A stretch of DNA of 64,000 bases, from assembly GCA_019056785.1 (NCBI GenBank), contig DXJV01000084.1, positions 32,001 through 96,000 of the forward strand, in the 5' to 3' direction. The translations under genes were made by a program, and so were the position numbers. This DNA is from Candidatus Heimdallarchaeota archaeon (lineage in GTDB: Archaea; Asgardarchaeota; Heimdallarchaeia; JABLTI01). Under the pieces are notes generated by a model that was not told where the DNA came from, made no database searches, and worked only from the letters and a program-made list of their open reading frames with translations. Shown piece after piece: positions 28,750-38,822 of the stretch (the first letter of the stretch is position 1; every line of letters begins with the position of its first letter).

Positions 28750-31700
28750 TTGGTAATCGAGGAGAATATCTCAGAGTTAGCGAATACTAAGAGGAGCACG
28801 AATGTGGCAAAAAGAGAACCCTTTTTTGCACGCTTAGGGAAATTTGTAGCAAAACAATACAAGAAAATACTCCTTGTTTGGCTGGTAATTGTTAGTGGAG
28901 CGATCTATCCTGCCATTCGACTAAACGATGTTTTAAATTATAATGAGATGGATTTTCTCCCAAAAGACCTCGAGTTTCACGAAGGAAAAGCTATCTTTGA
29001 CGAATATTTCCCTTCAAATGCAACGGGGAATACGATAATCGTTATGCAAGCGATTAGTGGTTTAATCACTTCCGAAGAAAACTTAGAGTACATCAAAAGT
29101 TTAACTGAAAGAATTTACCAAGAATTTAATGAAAGCATTTACACCGTTCAAAGTATTTTAACAGTCTTCGATAAATACAACAACTCATATTGGGAGAAAG
29201 TCAACGAAGTATTAAACGCGTATCATAACTTGCTAGCAAAAAACATCTCCGTATTAAATCAAGAAATGTACCGAAAATTTGATGAAAAAATCAACGCAAC
29301 AGAACAAATCGCAAATCTTTTCACTAAATATTGGTTCAACTTCTCTCGAACAGTCTACTATGGAAAGTATAATACAACCCTCTTCTCAACAGGACCAAAT
29401 GCTACCATTTATCAAATTATTAATGATTTTACAAACTTTACAGAAGGATTTGCTATTACCCCCAATTATATTGATGAAGTTTTTTCAATTGTAAATGAAA
29501 CACTACCGGGAATTGAAACAGTAAATGACACTCTCGTCCATGAGATTGCTCTTCGAGAAACAAATTCGACCCTATTCAACCTCTTAAATTATACAGAAGG
29601 GATCACACCAGAGGAATATATGCAAATCCATTACCCACTTTTAGAGTATTATGCTTCAACATGGACGGATGTTTTTACGGAATTACTTACTACAAATGGA
29701 ACAATAATTGTAGATGGAGGAACTATTACAAATAATCTCTATGAGAATAGCAATTACTCGAGTGCCTTCACAAGTCAAGCAAATGTTTGGAGACGATTAA
29801 CACTAGTAAACAAGTCGGTTTTTACAAGCCTTAATTTAGACCCCTTTGTCTTGAATGAAACATTAGCTCTCCTCGATTTAACAGCTATTTATGAAAAGGC
29901 AGCTGAATTTCTAGGGGTGCCCGAGTTAGAAATAGAAGAAGCATTTCAACCATTCATTCCCACAATAATTGAGAGTGTTTTTAACATGGGCAGAAATCCA
30001 ACAAATGAAACAGTTCGAGCTGTAACTGATTTTATCGTTGAAATTGTCCTCTCAATTGTAACAGCAATTTTACCGCCACCAATGTCCATTGATGATTTAC
30101 CCTCTTTACTTACACAATGGTTTGTTAGCCCAGACGAACGGGTTACCTTTGTGTTAATTAACTATAATTCATTCAACAAAACAAGTGAAGAAATTGATGA
30201 AGTGATTAATAGAGTAGATGCTGCTATTGGAAAACTGGCCCATGATCTGGCGACAGAATTACAGCTTACACAAACAGCCATTTATCATACGGGCGACGAC
30301 TTTGTTATGGAAACATGGGTTGAGCAAGCTGAACATGATGCTCGGCGTATTGATATTTTTACCATTGTTTTTGTATTAATTATTTTAATTATTATTTTCG
30401 CCAGCTTTCTTGCATCGATAATACCATTAATTGCAATTGGTTCTTCTATAGCAATTTCGATGGCGATTTTATGGTTCATCTCTTTTGGCTTGGAAATTCA
30501 TTTTTTGGCAAGCCTCTTTCTTACAGTTACTTCTTTGGGAGCAGGTGTAGATTATTGCATCTTCATTTTCTCACGATATGAAGAAGAGCGAAAGAATGGA
30601 AAACAAAAAGAAGAAGCCATAGAAATTGCTATCAAATATGCCGGAGAATCAGTGTTTCATTCAGGTTTAACAGTAATGATTGGTTTTGGTGCATTGATAA
30701 TCCCTGATTTTCCTTTATTGCGTATTTTAGGGATAGCGATGTGTATTGGAATTTCCATTTCAATTCTTTCGGCACTTCTTATTGTACCCTCAATTATCCT
30801 GCTTTTTGGGGAATATCTTTGGTGGCCAAAGTTTCTTCAAAAAGCATTAAGACCAAAGAGATGGTTTGAAAAAAAACAACCCAAAAAGTCGAATGATGAG
30901 CAGAATGAGCTACCGGAGGGGGCACCGCGAATAATTAGAAAGAAGAAGCAAGAAACAGCAACAACAACGGCAAAAGAAAAATGGCTCATTCGTTTTGGAC
31001 GCAAAGTAACCAAAAATGGTTTAACAATAACGATTTTTGCAATTATTCTTACAACACCGTTTCTCTATTTTGCTTTTACAATGAATACAAGTACAGATAT
31101 GTTAGGGATGCTTCCTAAAGATTTCGAGGGAACAATAGGGAGAGATATTTTATCAGAAAGGCTGGCAATTGGCGACCCAACACCAGTTCAAGTGATTTTT
31201 CATAACCTCAAAGACAATCCTTTAAACACAAGTGTCCTTGCTGACACAGGTTTCTTGTGTTTCGAAATTACACTCCGGAGTAATCTTGATGATAAGACAG
31301 CAGGTGTTAGATTAATTAAAACAACCGCTCAACCCTTAGGATTATTAATTCCATATCAAGATCCCTATTATTTGGAATTATATGCTGATTTCATAGAGCC
31401 TTATGTTAGTAAGAAAAGCAACACATTTTATCTCGAGATTTTTCTTGATAAAAACCCCTATGATGATCTTTCAGAAAGATTTGTCCAAGAACTACCAGAA
31501 TTAATTCAGCAAATTATCAATGAGAAACATCTGGATACGTTGCAGGGTGCTGAAATCTATTTTCTCGGGCTTGCGCGGGGATTGTATGAAATCAAGAAAG
31601 TAACGGATGATGCCTTCCCCATTGTGCTACCGATTGTGATTTTTGGTGTTTATATTGTTCTTTTTATTCTTTTTGGTTCTTATTTTACTCCGATTCGTCT

Positions 31701-32220
31701 AATAATAACTATTAGTTTGAGTATTGGTTTTACGCTTGGGGTAATGGTGCTACTCTTCTCATTTGGTTTTCAAGTTCCGATCTTTTGGCTGTTACCATTA
31801 ATGTTATTCTCGATTTTGATGGGCTTAGGTTTGGACTATGACATTTTCCTCGTTACGCGAATCAAAGAATATTATGACAAAGGATTGAGCAATAGAGAAG
31901 CCATAATTCAGGCATTAGACCATACAGCAGTAATTATTACCTCTTGTGGTATCTTAATGGCAACAGCTTATGCAACCTTAATGTTATCAAAATTATGGCA
32001 TCTTCGAGAGCTGGGATTTGCTTTTGCATTGGCAATTATTTTAGACACCACAGTTATAAGATTAATTCTAGTGCCGGCCATAATGATGTTGATGGAAAAA
32101 CTCAACTGGGTTGGCCCAAAGAGGTTGATGCGCGCACGTCACCACGATGCAGAATTTCTGCAAAAAGTGAAAGAAAAGTCTTCACTAAAACCTGAGGAGA
32201 AAAAAGAGAAGGAAAAATGA
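28750..32220 (+). CDS. MMPL/RND-family transporter with a large extracellular domain
   Basis: Two TM bundles with G.G.DY motifs (GAGVDYCIF..SRY.EE and GLGLDYDIFLV.RI.E). Start may be the GTG near 28804. Confidence 0.9.
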   Translation: MVIEENISELANTKRSTNVAKREPFFARLGKFVAKQYKKILLVWLVIVSGAIYPAIRLNDVLNYNEMDFLPKDLEFHEGKAIFDEYFPSNATGNTIIVMQAISGLITSEENLEYIKSLTERIYQEFNESIYTVQSILTVFDKYNNSYWEKVNEVLNAYHNLLAKNISVLNQEMYRKFDEKINATEQIANLFTKYWFNFSRTVYYGKYNTTLFSTGPNATIYQIINDFTNFTEGFAITPNYIDEVFSIVNETLPGIETVNDTLVHEIALRETNSTLFNLLNYTEGITPEEYMQIHYPLLEYYASTWTDVFTELLTTNGTIIVDGGTITNNLYENSNYSSAFTSQANVWRRLTLVNKSVFTSLNLDPFVLNETLALLDLTAIYEKAAEFLGVPELEIEEAFQPFIPTIIESVFNMGRNPTNETVRAVTDFIVEIVLSIVTAILPPPMSIDDLPSLLTQWFVSPDERVTFVLINYNSFNKTSEEIDEVINRVDAAIGKLAHDLATELQLTQTAIYHTGDDFVMETWVEQAEHDARRIDIFTIVFVLIILIIIFASFLASIIPLIAIGSSIAISMAILWFISFGLEIHFLASLFLTVTSLGAGVDYCIFIFSRYEEERKNGKQKEEAIEIAIKYAGESVFHSGLTVMIGFGALIIPDFPLLRILGIAMCIGISISILSALLIVPSIILLFGEYLWWPKFLQKALRPKRWFEKKQPKKSNDEQNELPEGAPRIIRKKKQETATTTAKEKWLIRFGRKVTKNGLTITIFAIILTTPFLYFAFTMNTSTDMLGMLPKDFEGTIGRDILSERLAIGDPTPVQVIFHNLKDNPLNTSVLADTGFLCFEITLRSNLDDKTAGVRLIKTTAQPLGLLIPYQDPYYLELYADFIEPYVSKKSNTFYLEIFLDKNPYDDLSERFVQELPELIQQIINEKHLDTLQGAEIYFLGLARGLYEIKKVTDDAFPIVLPIVIFGVYIVLFILFGSYFTPIRLIITISLSIGFTLGVMVLLFSFGFQVPIFWLLPLMLFSILMGLGLDYDIFLVTRIKEYYDKGLSNREAIIQALDHTAVIITSCGILMATAYATLMLSKLWHLRELGFAFALAIILDTTVIRLILVPAIMMLMEKLNWVGPKRLMRARHHDAEFLQKVKEKSSLKPEEKKEKEK

Positions 32221-32235
32221 TTGCCTTTATGTGAA

Positions 32236-33306
32236 TCATTTTTTCGATCCGAGTTGTGACAGAGCGATTTTTTCAAATCCACGAGCATTCGCTAACACAG
32301 GGTCTTCTGGGACAATAACCTCATCTGGTGATTTAACAATATTCTGCTCAGTCAAAATGGATTTCATGTTCTCTCCAAAGACTTCTGCCCCTCCGCCGGT
32401 GAGAATAACTTTTTCAATCCACGCATCTGGTGGAAGGGTTCCCAAGAGGGTTGACAGCTCATCTACAATTATATTGGAAATGGTTTTCACATAATAACTC
32501 AATGTCTCTGAAATGTCAAACTGTTCACCAGCAATCATCACGTTTGTTCGGCCCATTTCGATTGACTTTATCAACTCAAATGGCCGCATGATCTTACCCG
32601 TTTGTTGATTAAGATTGCTAGCAATTCGTTCTGCTAGGGTAGTTATAGATTCCTGTACACTACCGCTTGCAGTTCGCATTAAGCGCCCTTCATAAACAGT
32701 GAGAATATTCGTTGCACCAGCACCTATATCAATCACTACGGCATCAACTGCCCTGTTTTCACCAGAGGTTTTCAAGATTTCGTAATATGAACCATAACAT
32801 ACTGGCATAACCAAACATTTGTCGATTTTCAAATGAATTTGTTTTTCTTCGCCGGTAGCGTCATTTGCAACATTGATAGTCATCGCACCTTTGAGTCCCG
32901 AACTAAGATTGGTCATTTCTTCTTGAGAGCTTGCAACCGGCACTCCTGTTGCAATAACCAAATTTGCATAATCACTTTCAACAAAATTGGAGAGAGCGGC
33001 CTTTATAGCAATAATTGCATCTTTTAGGCTTTTCATTTTACCTTTTTCAGCAAGTGGGCGTTTAATTTCACTCTGTAATCGCGCCAGTTCTCCCACAAAA
33101 AATTTCCGGCCTTCATCCGTATGAAGAACAAGATTGTTGATCCAACTTTTGTCTGTCCCCAATCCTTTCCAGCCGGGATTTGGATCGCCAATTAAACTTG
33201 GGATTTTCACTATTTTTTGACCATTTTTTCCCACGAGCTTGGTAAGACTCGTCCCGAGATCGATACCAATGGCCAATGTATCAGTTTTTGATGTCTTTTT
33301 AGACAA
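32236..33306 (-). CDS. Actin-fold ATPase, ParM/StbA/Ta0583-like
   Basis: Phosphate 1 GIDLGTSLTK, FFVGELA, TGVP, phosphate 2 VIDIGAGATN, adenosine ILTGGGA and connect 2 P.LANARGF. Confidence 0.85.
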   Translation of the reverse strand: MSKKTSKTDTLAIGIDLGTSLTKLVGKNGQKIVKIPSLIGDPNPGWKGLGTDKSWINNLVLHTDEGRKFFVGELARLQSEIKRPLAEKGKMKSLKDAIIAIKAALSNFVESDYANLVIATGVPVASSQEEMTNLSSGLKGAMTINVANDATGEEKQIHLKIDKCLVMPVCYGSYYEILKTSGENRAVDAVVIDIGAGATNILTVYEGRLMRTASGSVQESITTLAERIASNLNQQTGKIMRPFELIKSIEMGRTNVMIAGEQFDISETLSYYVKTISNIIVDELSTLLGTLPPDAWIEKVILTGGGAEVFGENMKSILTEQNIVKSPDEVIVPEDPVLANARGFEKIALSQLGSKK

Positions 33307-33395
33307 TGCATTTTACCCCTATTATAGTTGTATATTTTAACCTTAAAAACAATTGATTATAATACTTTAACGATTGGGGATTTTCAGTAAAAAAA

Positions 33396-34766
33396 TTACG
33401 ACGAGCGACTTTTTGATGGCTTCTTTTTCAATTGCAACTGTTTTTCAGTTTTCACAGAGGTGGTGCTAACAGGACGAATGATTAGCCCTTCTTGATAACG
33501 AGCCAAACGTATTGCCAGTCGTTTTTGGATATAATGAACTAACAATCCTACTAATAAGAATAAAAGTGCAAGTGGTATGAGGATAAGCAGAATCATTTCT
33601 GGTTGTTGGGCTTCTATACTGTCAACAATAGAGGCTGGCATATGAAGCACGCGTAAAACCGGCAGGGGATTCAAGGCAAGCCAAGAAAAAATCGCTAAGG
33701 CAGCTAAGCGAAAGATTGTTCCTGTGGTAATAATAAGAATTAATCTGGTAATGGAAGGGGTGTAAGCTGAAGCAGATAAAGATACAGCTATAAAAGGATC
33801 GTTTTTCTCCAGATGCATATAATATGTTTTTAGGCGGTTATTCAATTTGTCCCAATCCTCCCCCGTATTTATCCTAAAGAGTTTTCGACCAACCAAGCCA
33901 CGTATCTTTGAAAAAGCAGCCACTATTGCCGGGCGGGAAGGAGTTTCCTCTTTCCCTTTTACCAAAACGTCTGAATGTTGAATGGAGGAAGTTGGTTCTT
34001 TTAACTTCTGAGGAGTAACGGTAGTCAATTTGAATTCTTTTATGCGTTTAATATTGCTTGAAATTCTTCTGTGACGATGTATATTTGGGCTTATGACGCT
34101 ATAGATATAATTTGCTTGAAAACTTAACTCGAGGAATAAATAAAGGAGAAAAGCAGTGATAACTAATTTCGAAAAAATCATTTGAATGATATTTCCACTG
34201 TTAAAATTGGTGTCAATTAATAATTTACCATTTAATGAAGCCAAACCCAAAACAATGTTCAAGGCAAAAAAGGAAATGGCAGAAAGACCAGGATTGCATT
34301 CACGGATAAAGCCCATACCTGCAATGAAAGCAAAAACAATAGAGGTGATAATACTAAAAGCATAGATTGAGTTAACGATATTTTCTTGTGCAGGAATTTG
34401 CATGGGATTAATGATAAGATCCTCAATATTCAACCCTAAAATAGTCCCATTCCCTCCAAAGATTGCATTGTGAATACTCATCATTAAAGCAACGGCATCT
34501 GGGTCAGAATAACCAAACATCAATGCAATGCCATACCCTGCAAGAAGAAAAATGAGCTCAAATAGAAAGATGATGAATTTTAATCCCCACCAGAAGAGCT
34601 TGAAATTCCAAACACTTGAATCGATTAAACTAATTACTAAACCGAAACCACTGAGGAAAATGAGAATGGCGAAAAGCCTATTGAGATTTAAGAGAAGTTG
34701 CATTCGTTTTACTCTTTGTTCTTCTACTCTTGTGGGATCAATTGCTCTCTTAGACAAGACCAACAC
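33396..34766 (-). CDS. Hypothetical polytopic membrane protein
   Basis: About 7 hydrophobic helices with a large basic cytoplasmic loop. Overlaps the upstream gene by 17 nt. Confidence 0.7.
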   Translation of the reverse strand: MLVLSKRAIDPTRVEEQRVKRMQLLLNLNRLFAILIFLSGFGLVISLIDSSVWNFKLFWWGLKFIIFLFELIFLLAGYGIALMFGYSDPDAVALMMSIHNAIFGGNGTILGLNIEDLIINPMQIPAQENIVNSIYAFSIITSIVFAFIAGMGFIRECNPGLSAISFFALNIVLGLASLNGKLLIDTNFNSGNIIQMIFSKLVITAFLLYLFLELSFQANYIYSVISPNIHRHRRISSNIKRIKEFKLTTVTPQKLKEPTSSIQHSDVLVKGKEETPSRPAIVAAFSKIRGLVGRKLFRINTGEDWDKLNNRLKTYYMHLEKNDPFIAVSLSASAYTPSITRLILIITTGTIFRLAALAIFSWLALNPLPVLRVLHMPASIVDSIEAQQPEMILLILIPLALLFLLVGLLVHYIQKRLAIRLARYQEGLIIRPVSTTSVKTEKQLQLKKKPSKSRSS

Positions 34767-36147
34767 CTCTTCTTTTGGCTTCTATATATTCATTTATCAC
34801 CGAGACCAGGAAATCATCTGGACCAACGGAGATGATACCCGCACGATATCGTTGAATGTCTTTGCTCAAGCGATTCCTAATCTCAAAATACTCCTCAGCA
34901 ATAGCTTCACCGAGGGCTTTTTCTGTGGGACCCAAAAGCTTGTTTTGAATTTCGAAGAAAGGTCCAAAGGGAGAGATAATGACGACATCAAAACCTGCAG
35001 CTGATGCTTTTCGCACGCCATCTAGGATATCTTTCCGTTTTCCTTCTAAGTCTGAAATGATAAATAGCAACCCGCGATTACGAGTGCGCATAATTAAATC
35101 TTCAACTGCTTTTGAAAGAGAAGAAGGCCCTTGAGGCATAGCATAAGCAAGATCCTCAAGGATTTTGTTGAAATGAGAGGCGCCTTGCCCTGATTTTACA
35201 TAGGTCTTTATCCGGTTGGTATAAGTGGCTAAACCGAGAAGGTCCTTTCTCTCCTGGGCCATATGCGCAAGTAAAACCACCGCACGGATACTGAATTCTA
35301 ATTTAGTGTTTCTAATTAATCCTTGCCCCATGCTTTGGGAAGTGTCCAACAAGATCATTACTCGGACATTTTTCTCCGTTTCAAATTCACGAATTTTCAA
35401 CTTGAGTGTTCTACTATAAGCTTTCCAATCAATATAACGGAAGGCATCTTCGGGGTAATAATCCCGGATGCCCCAAAATTCCATGCCTGTGCCTTTTAAT
35501 TTTGTTTTATGAATACCAAACATGCGGCCCAATTGACGCTTTGCGCCCAACACTTTTAACTTCTTAATGTCTTCATAGGAGGGGTAGATCAAAATTTCAT
35601 CAAAGTTGTGTTTAATCTTCTCTTCTTCATAAAATCCCAGCCGGTCATGGATTATGACCTTGGTTGGACCAATTTTATAGAGACCTCTTACGGGTGTTCG
35701 GAGAATATAAGAAAACTCTGCTTTTCCGCGAGCACTGATTCTCGTATAGAGATAATTCTCACCCAACACTAAGTCCATCGTTTCGGGGTATGCATCATAA
35801 ATCTCGAGATGGTCTATTGCGCTGGGGCCACGATTATGAATAATAATCCGCACGTGGATATACTCTCCGGCAAAACATTTCCGTTTATCAAGAACACGTT
35901 CGATTTGAATACCTTCAGTATTTGCCTGAATACGAAAGATTGGATAACCAAAGGTTGTTCCTATCACCATGAGGATACCGATTAAGAGAAAATAGAGAAC
36001 AATGATGTCAGAAATATTATAGAGCGAGGGCTGTTGGGTGATAAGGTAAACAATATCAAAAATAGGTTTTAACCCTTCTAGGGCTAAGCCTATTGAGAGC
36101 ATAAACAACCCTCCGAAAAGGATAAAGGAACCTCTTTTTGATATCAT
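34750..36147 (-). CDS. DUF58 (vWA-like) protein with N-terminal TM helices
   Basis: G.EFWGIRDY.P.D..R.IDWKA, REFE.E, LDTSQSM (MIDAS-like) and IISDL motifs. Confidence 0.9.
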   Translation of the reverse strand: MISKRGSFILFGGLFMLSIGLALEGLKPIFDIVYLITQQPSLYNISDIIVLYFLLIGILMVIGTTFGYPIFRIQANTEGIQIERVLDKRKCFAGEYIHVRIIIHNRGPSAIDHLEIYDAYPETMDLVLGENYLYTRISARGKAEFSYILRTPVRGLYKIGPTKVIIHDRLGFYEEEKIKHNFDEILIYPSYEDIKKLKVLGAKRQLGRMFGIHKTKLKGTGMEFWGIRDYYPEDAFRYIDWKAYSRTLKLKIREFETEKNVRVMILLDTSQSMGQGLIRNTKLEFSIRAVVLLAHMAQERKDLLGLATYTNRIKTYVKSGQGASHFNKILEDLAYAMPQGPSSLSKAVEDLIMRTRNRGLLFIISDLEGKRKDILDGVRKASAAGFDVVIISPFGPFFEIQNKLLGPTEKALGEAIAEEYFEIRNRLSKDIQRYRAGIISVGPDDFLVSVINEYIEAKRRGVGLV

Positions 36148-36182
36148 TTCTCTGCCAGCTCATTCGGTAATTTTCGTTTAAT

Positions 36183-37190
36183 TTATCTGGTTTCCCTAAT
36201 GGAAACGTTTTGGATTATTTCTTTCAAGATTGTTTGTGCTGTAATGCCCTCCAAGTCTGCTTCTGGTTTTACTATTAACCGATGATAGACGGCATCAATA
36301 GCAACACGCTTAACATCATCAGGAACAACGTAGTCCCGACCATTAATTGCGGCATGAGCTTTTGAAGCGCTTAACATAGCAATGCTCGCTCGTGGACTGC
36401 CACCCAAGAGTAAGCGGGGGTCAGTTCGAGTGCGAATTGTTATATCACGGATAAATTCAATGATTGCTTGATCAACAAAAACCTCATTGTGAACAAATTG
36501 CTGAAGACGGATGATGGTTTCAGGCGTGGTGATTTCGTTTATCTGGTTATCAATAGGTTTATGCTTCAGTTTTATGATCATTTCTTCTTCCGCGGGATTA
36601 GGCAAACCGACAACTGATTTCATTAAGAAGCGGTCAAGCTGGGCCTCTGGAAGTGGATAGGTTCCTTCTTGTTCAATGGGATTTTGTGTTGCAATAACAA
36701 TAAAGGGTGAACTAAGCGGATAAGTATTGCCTTCAATAGACACCTGCCGCTCTGCCATTGCCTCGAGAAGAGCACTTTGAGTTTTCGGAGGGGCCCGGTT
36801 AATTTCATCAGCAAGCAAAATGTTGGTAAAGATCGGCCCCCGACGAAGTTTAAAGGTCCCTGAACGTTGGTCAAAGACATTTGTCCCGAGAACATCAGAG
36901 GGTAAAAGGTCAGGAGTAAATTGTACCCTTTTATATTTACAACCCAGAGTTGCTGCAAACATTTTCGCCAAGGTCGTTTTCGCAATTCCGGGAACGCCTT
37001 CTAATAAAATATGCCCATCACATAAGAGCGTTATAAGCAAATTTTGGACGATCTTTTTCATCCCGATGATATGCTTTGCAAGCTCATCACTGATGCTCTT
37101 AGCAATGCGTTCAACGTCTGAGACGCTTACGAGAGAGCTTCTTTTCGAGACTTTTTTCTCCGGTGGTGGAGGAGGAATAAATTCTGCCAT
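36183..37190 (-). CDS. moxR: MoxR-family AAA+ ATPase
   Basis: LEGVPGIAKT, R.QFTPDLLPSD, LADEINRAPPKTQSALLEAM and ATQNPIEQEGTYPLPEAQLDRF motifs. Confidence 0.96.
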   Translation of the reverse strand: MAEFIPPPPPEKKVSKRSSLVSVSDVERIAKSISDELAKHIIGMKKIVQNLLITLLCDGHILLEGVPGIAKTTLAKMFAATLGCKYKRVQFTPDLLPSDVLGTNVFDQRSGTFKLRRGPIFTNILLADEINRAPPKTQSALLEAMAERQVSIEGNTYPLSSPFIVIATQNPIEQEGTYPLPEAQLDRFLMKSVVGLPNPAEEEMIIKLKHKPIDNQINEITTPETIIRLQQFVHNEVFVDQAIIEFIRDITIRTRTDPRLLLGGSPRASIAMLSASKAHAAINGRDYVVPDDVKRVAIDAVYHRLIVKPEADLEGITAQTILKEIIQNVSIRETR

Positions 37191-37270
37191 TTCTTCATAC
37201 CCCGATTATTTTTTTTATTTTCTTTTGTTATTTTTTTTCATCATATTCGATGATCGTGACAATTTAATTT

Positions 37271-38788
37271 TCAAATAGTGGTTTTTGTTGCTGTATCTTC
37301 TATATCTTTTAATTCAATAACCAATTGGGTGAATTCTTCTTCGGAAATCTTCTTAGCTTTCCGAATTATGAGCTCAACTCTGTTGAGCGTTTCTTGAACC
37401 TTTTTAAAGTTAAAGTCGTAGGGAAAGTGTGTTTGCAATAAGCCGATAATTGTCTCGGCATTTAACTCGTCATCCAGGCCAAATTTCTTTTTAAAACGCC
37501 TGTGCAGTCTATTGTAAATGAGATTTAACGCATTGGCAAATTGTTGGTAATTCATATACCAAGCCATCTTTGCTGCAAAAAAGGAGCGCGAGCGTTGTTG
37601 TTTTATTTTTGTCATCAACAACGGGGACGGTCCTTTGGACTTTGGATACCGCCGGCGCAAGAAGAGAAAAGTGATAAGTGGAAACAAAGGTGCGAGAAGT
37701 GGAAACATTGTAAAGGAGTCTACATAGCGTAAATATAAACTAACATAACTAAACGGATCGATAATACTGAGAAACACCCTTCCACCCGAAGAACTGAGAT
37801 GAGACTCATCATAATAGATCCTTCCAGTATTATTCCAATCTAACCACTCAAAAATGCGGTTAGTAAGTTCGGCATTATCATAATTGGGCATTTCCATTAA
37901 TTCATTAATGAAAATACTTGGGTCCGAACAGATAAGAATATTGCCTACCCCAATAGCACTTAATGGTAAAGGAACCATCACAGAGAAAGGAACGCCACGC
38001 CACTCATACTCATCTGGATAATAAACGCCTTTTTTAGCGGAAGCAATATCAGTCTCTAACCAGCTATTACTAGAACTAACGGCAATTCCTGATGGAATGG
38101 GTACCCCCTGATAGGAAAAAGTGGGGACCCACCGTGTTTCACCGGTTTCATTATTAAAGCCAAGAAATGAAATGGAAGAGGGATAGCTGGTAATGACTCG
38201 GCTAACTCCACTAAGAGAAGGCCCGCCGGGAAAGTCTATGAAATTCCTAAGGATAGGCATAACGGGGCTTCGATAATAGGATTGAGCATCCATTAGCAAC
38301 GAGCCGTTTATTTTTATCCCCGCAAGAGGAAGGGTAGAGAGGCCCAATCCAGATGTATTAATACTACTAACGAACGGGCGCAAAATGGTATTGACAATAC
38401 CGAGAATGTCATTCGCACGTCCAAAGTCATCTGCAATAATCACACTGCCACCACGCATAATAAAGTAAGCAAGGGCGGCAGTCTCTGTTGGATCAAAAAA
38501 GATTGTTGGACCAATAATAGTTAAAACGCCCATTTCATCCAAGCGCGTCAAGGCATTTAAGGTAGAAACTACCGGGTGAAATTCAAAACCTTGTTGCTCT
38601 AATTGCACTCGAAGGTCGCTGGTACCATCCCAACCTGTATTATAAATAGAAAATTGTCGAGAACCCTCTTGTCCAATTCGAGTGAATGATAAAAATAATG
38701 GCAAACAAAAAATGATAAAAATTATCGAAAGGAGAAATGCATCTTTATCGATTCGTGAAAAGACAGTCTTTTTTTCCTTTTTTGCCAT
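37271..38788 (-). CDS. DUF4350-domain membrane protein
   Basis: N-terminal TM, S.YN.GW.G.S, GG.VIIADDFG, SDPSIFIN, YDESH, then a second TM and a helical tail. Confidence 0.85.
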   Translation of the reverse strand: MAKKEKKTVFSRIDKDAFLLSIIFIIFCLPLFLSFTRIGQEGSRQFSIYNTGWDGTSDLRVQLEQQGFEFHPVVSTLNALTRLDEMGVLTIIGPTIFFDPTETAALAYFIMRGGSVIIADDFGRANDILGIVNTILRPFVSSINTSGLGLSTLPLAGIKINGSLLMDAQSYYRSPVMPILRNFIDFPGGPSLSGVSRVITSYPSSISFLGFNNETGETRWVPTFSYQGVPIPSGIAVSSSNSWLETDIASAKKGVYYPDEYEWRGVPFSVMVPLPLSAIGVGNILICSDPSIFINELMEMPNYDNAELTNRIFEWLDWNNTGRIYYDESHLSSSGGRVFLSIIDPFSYVSLYLRYVDSFTMFPLLAPLFPLITFLFLRRRYPKSKGPSPLLMTKIKQQRSRSFFAAKMAWYMNYQQFANALNLIYNRLHRRFKKKFGLDDELNAETIIGLLQTHFPYDFNFKKVQETLNRVELIIRKAKKISEEEFTQLVIELKDIEDTATKTTI

Positions 38789-38822
38789 GATTTTTATCCT
38801 CTAGTTATTATTTCTTCTTAAT

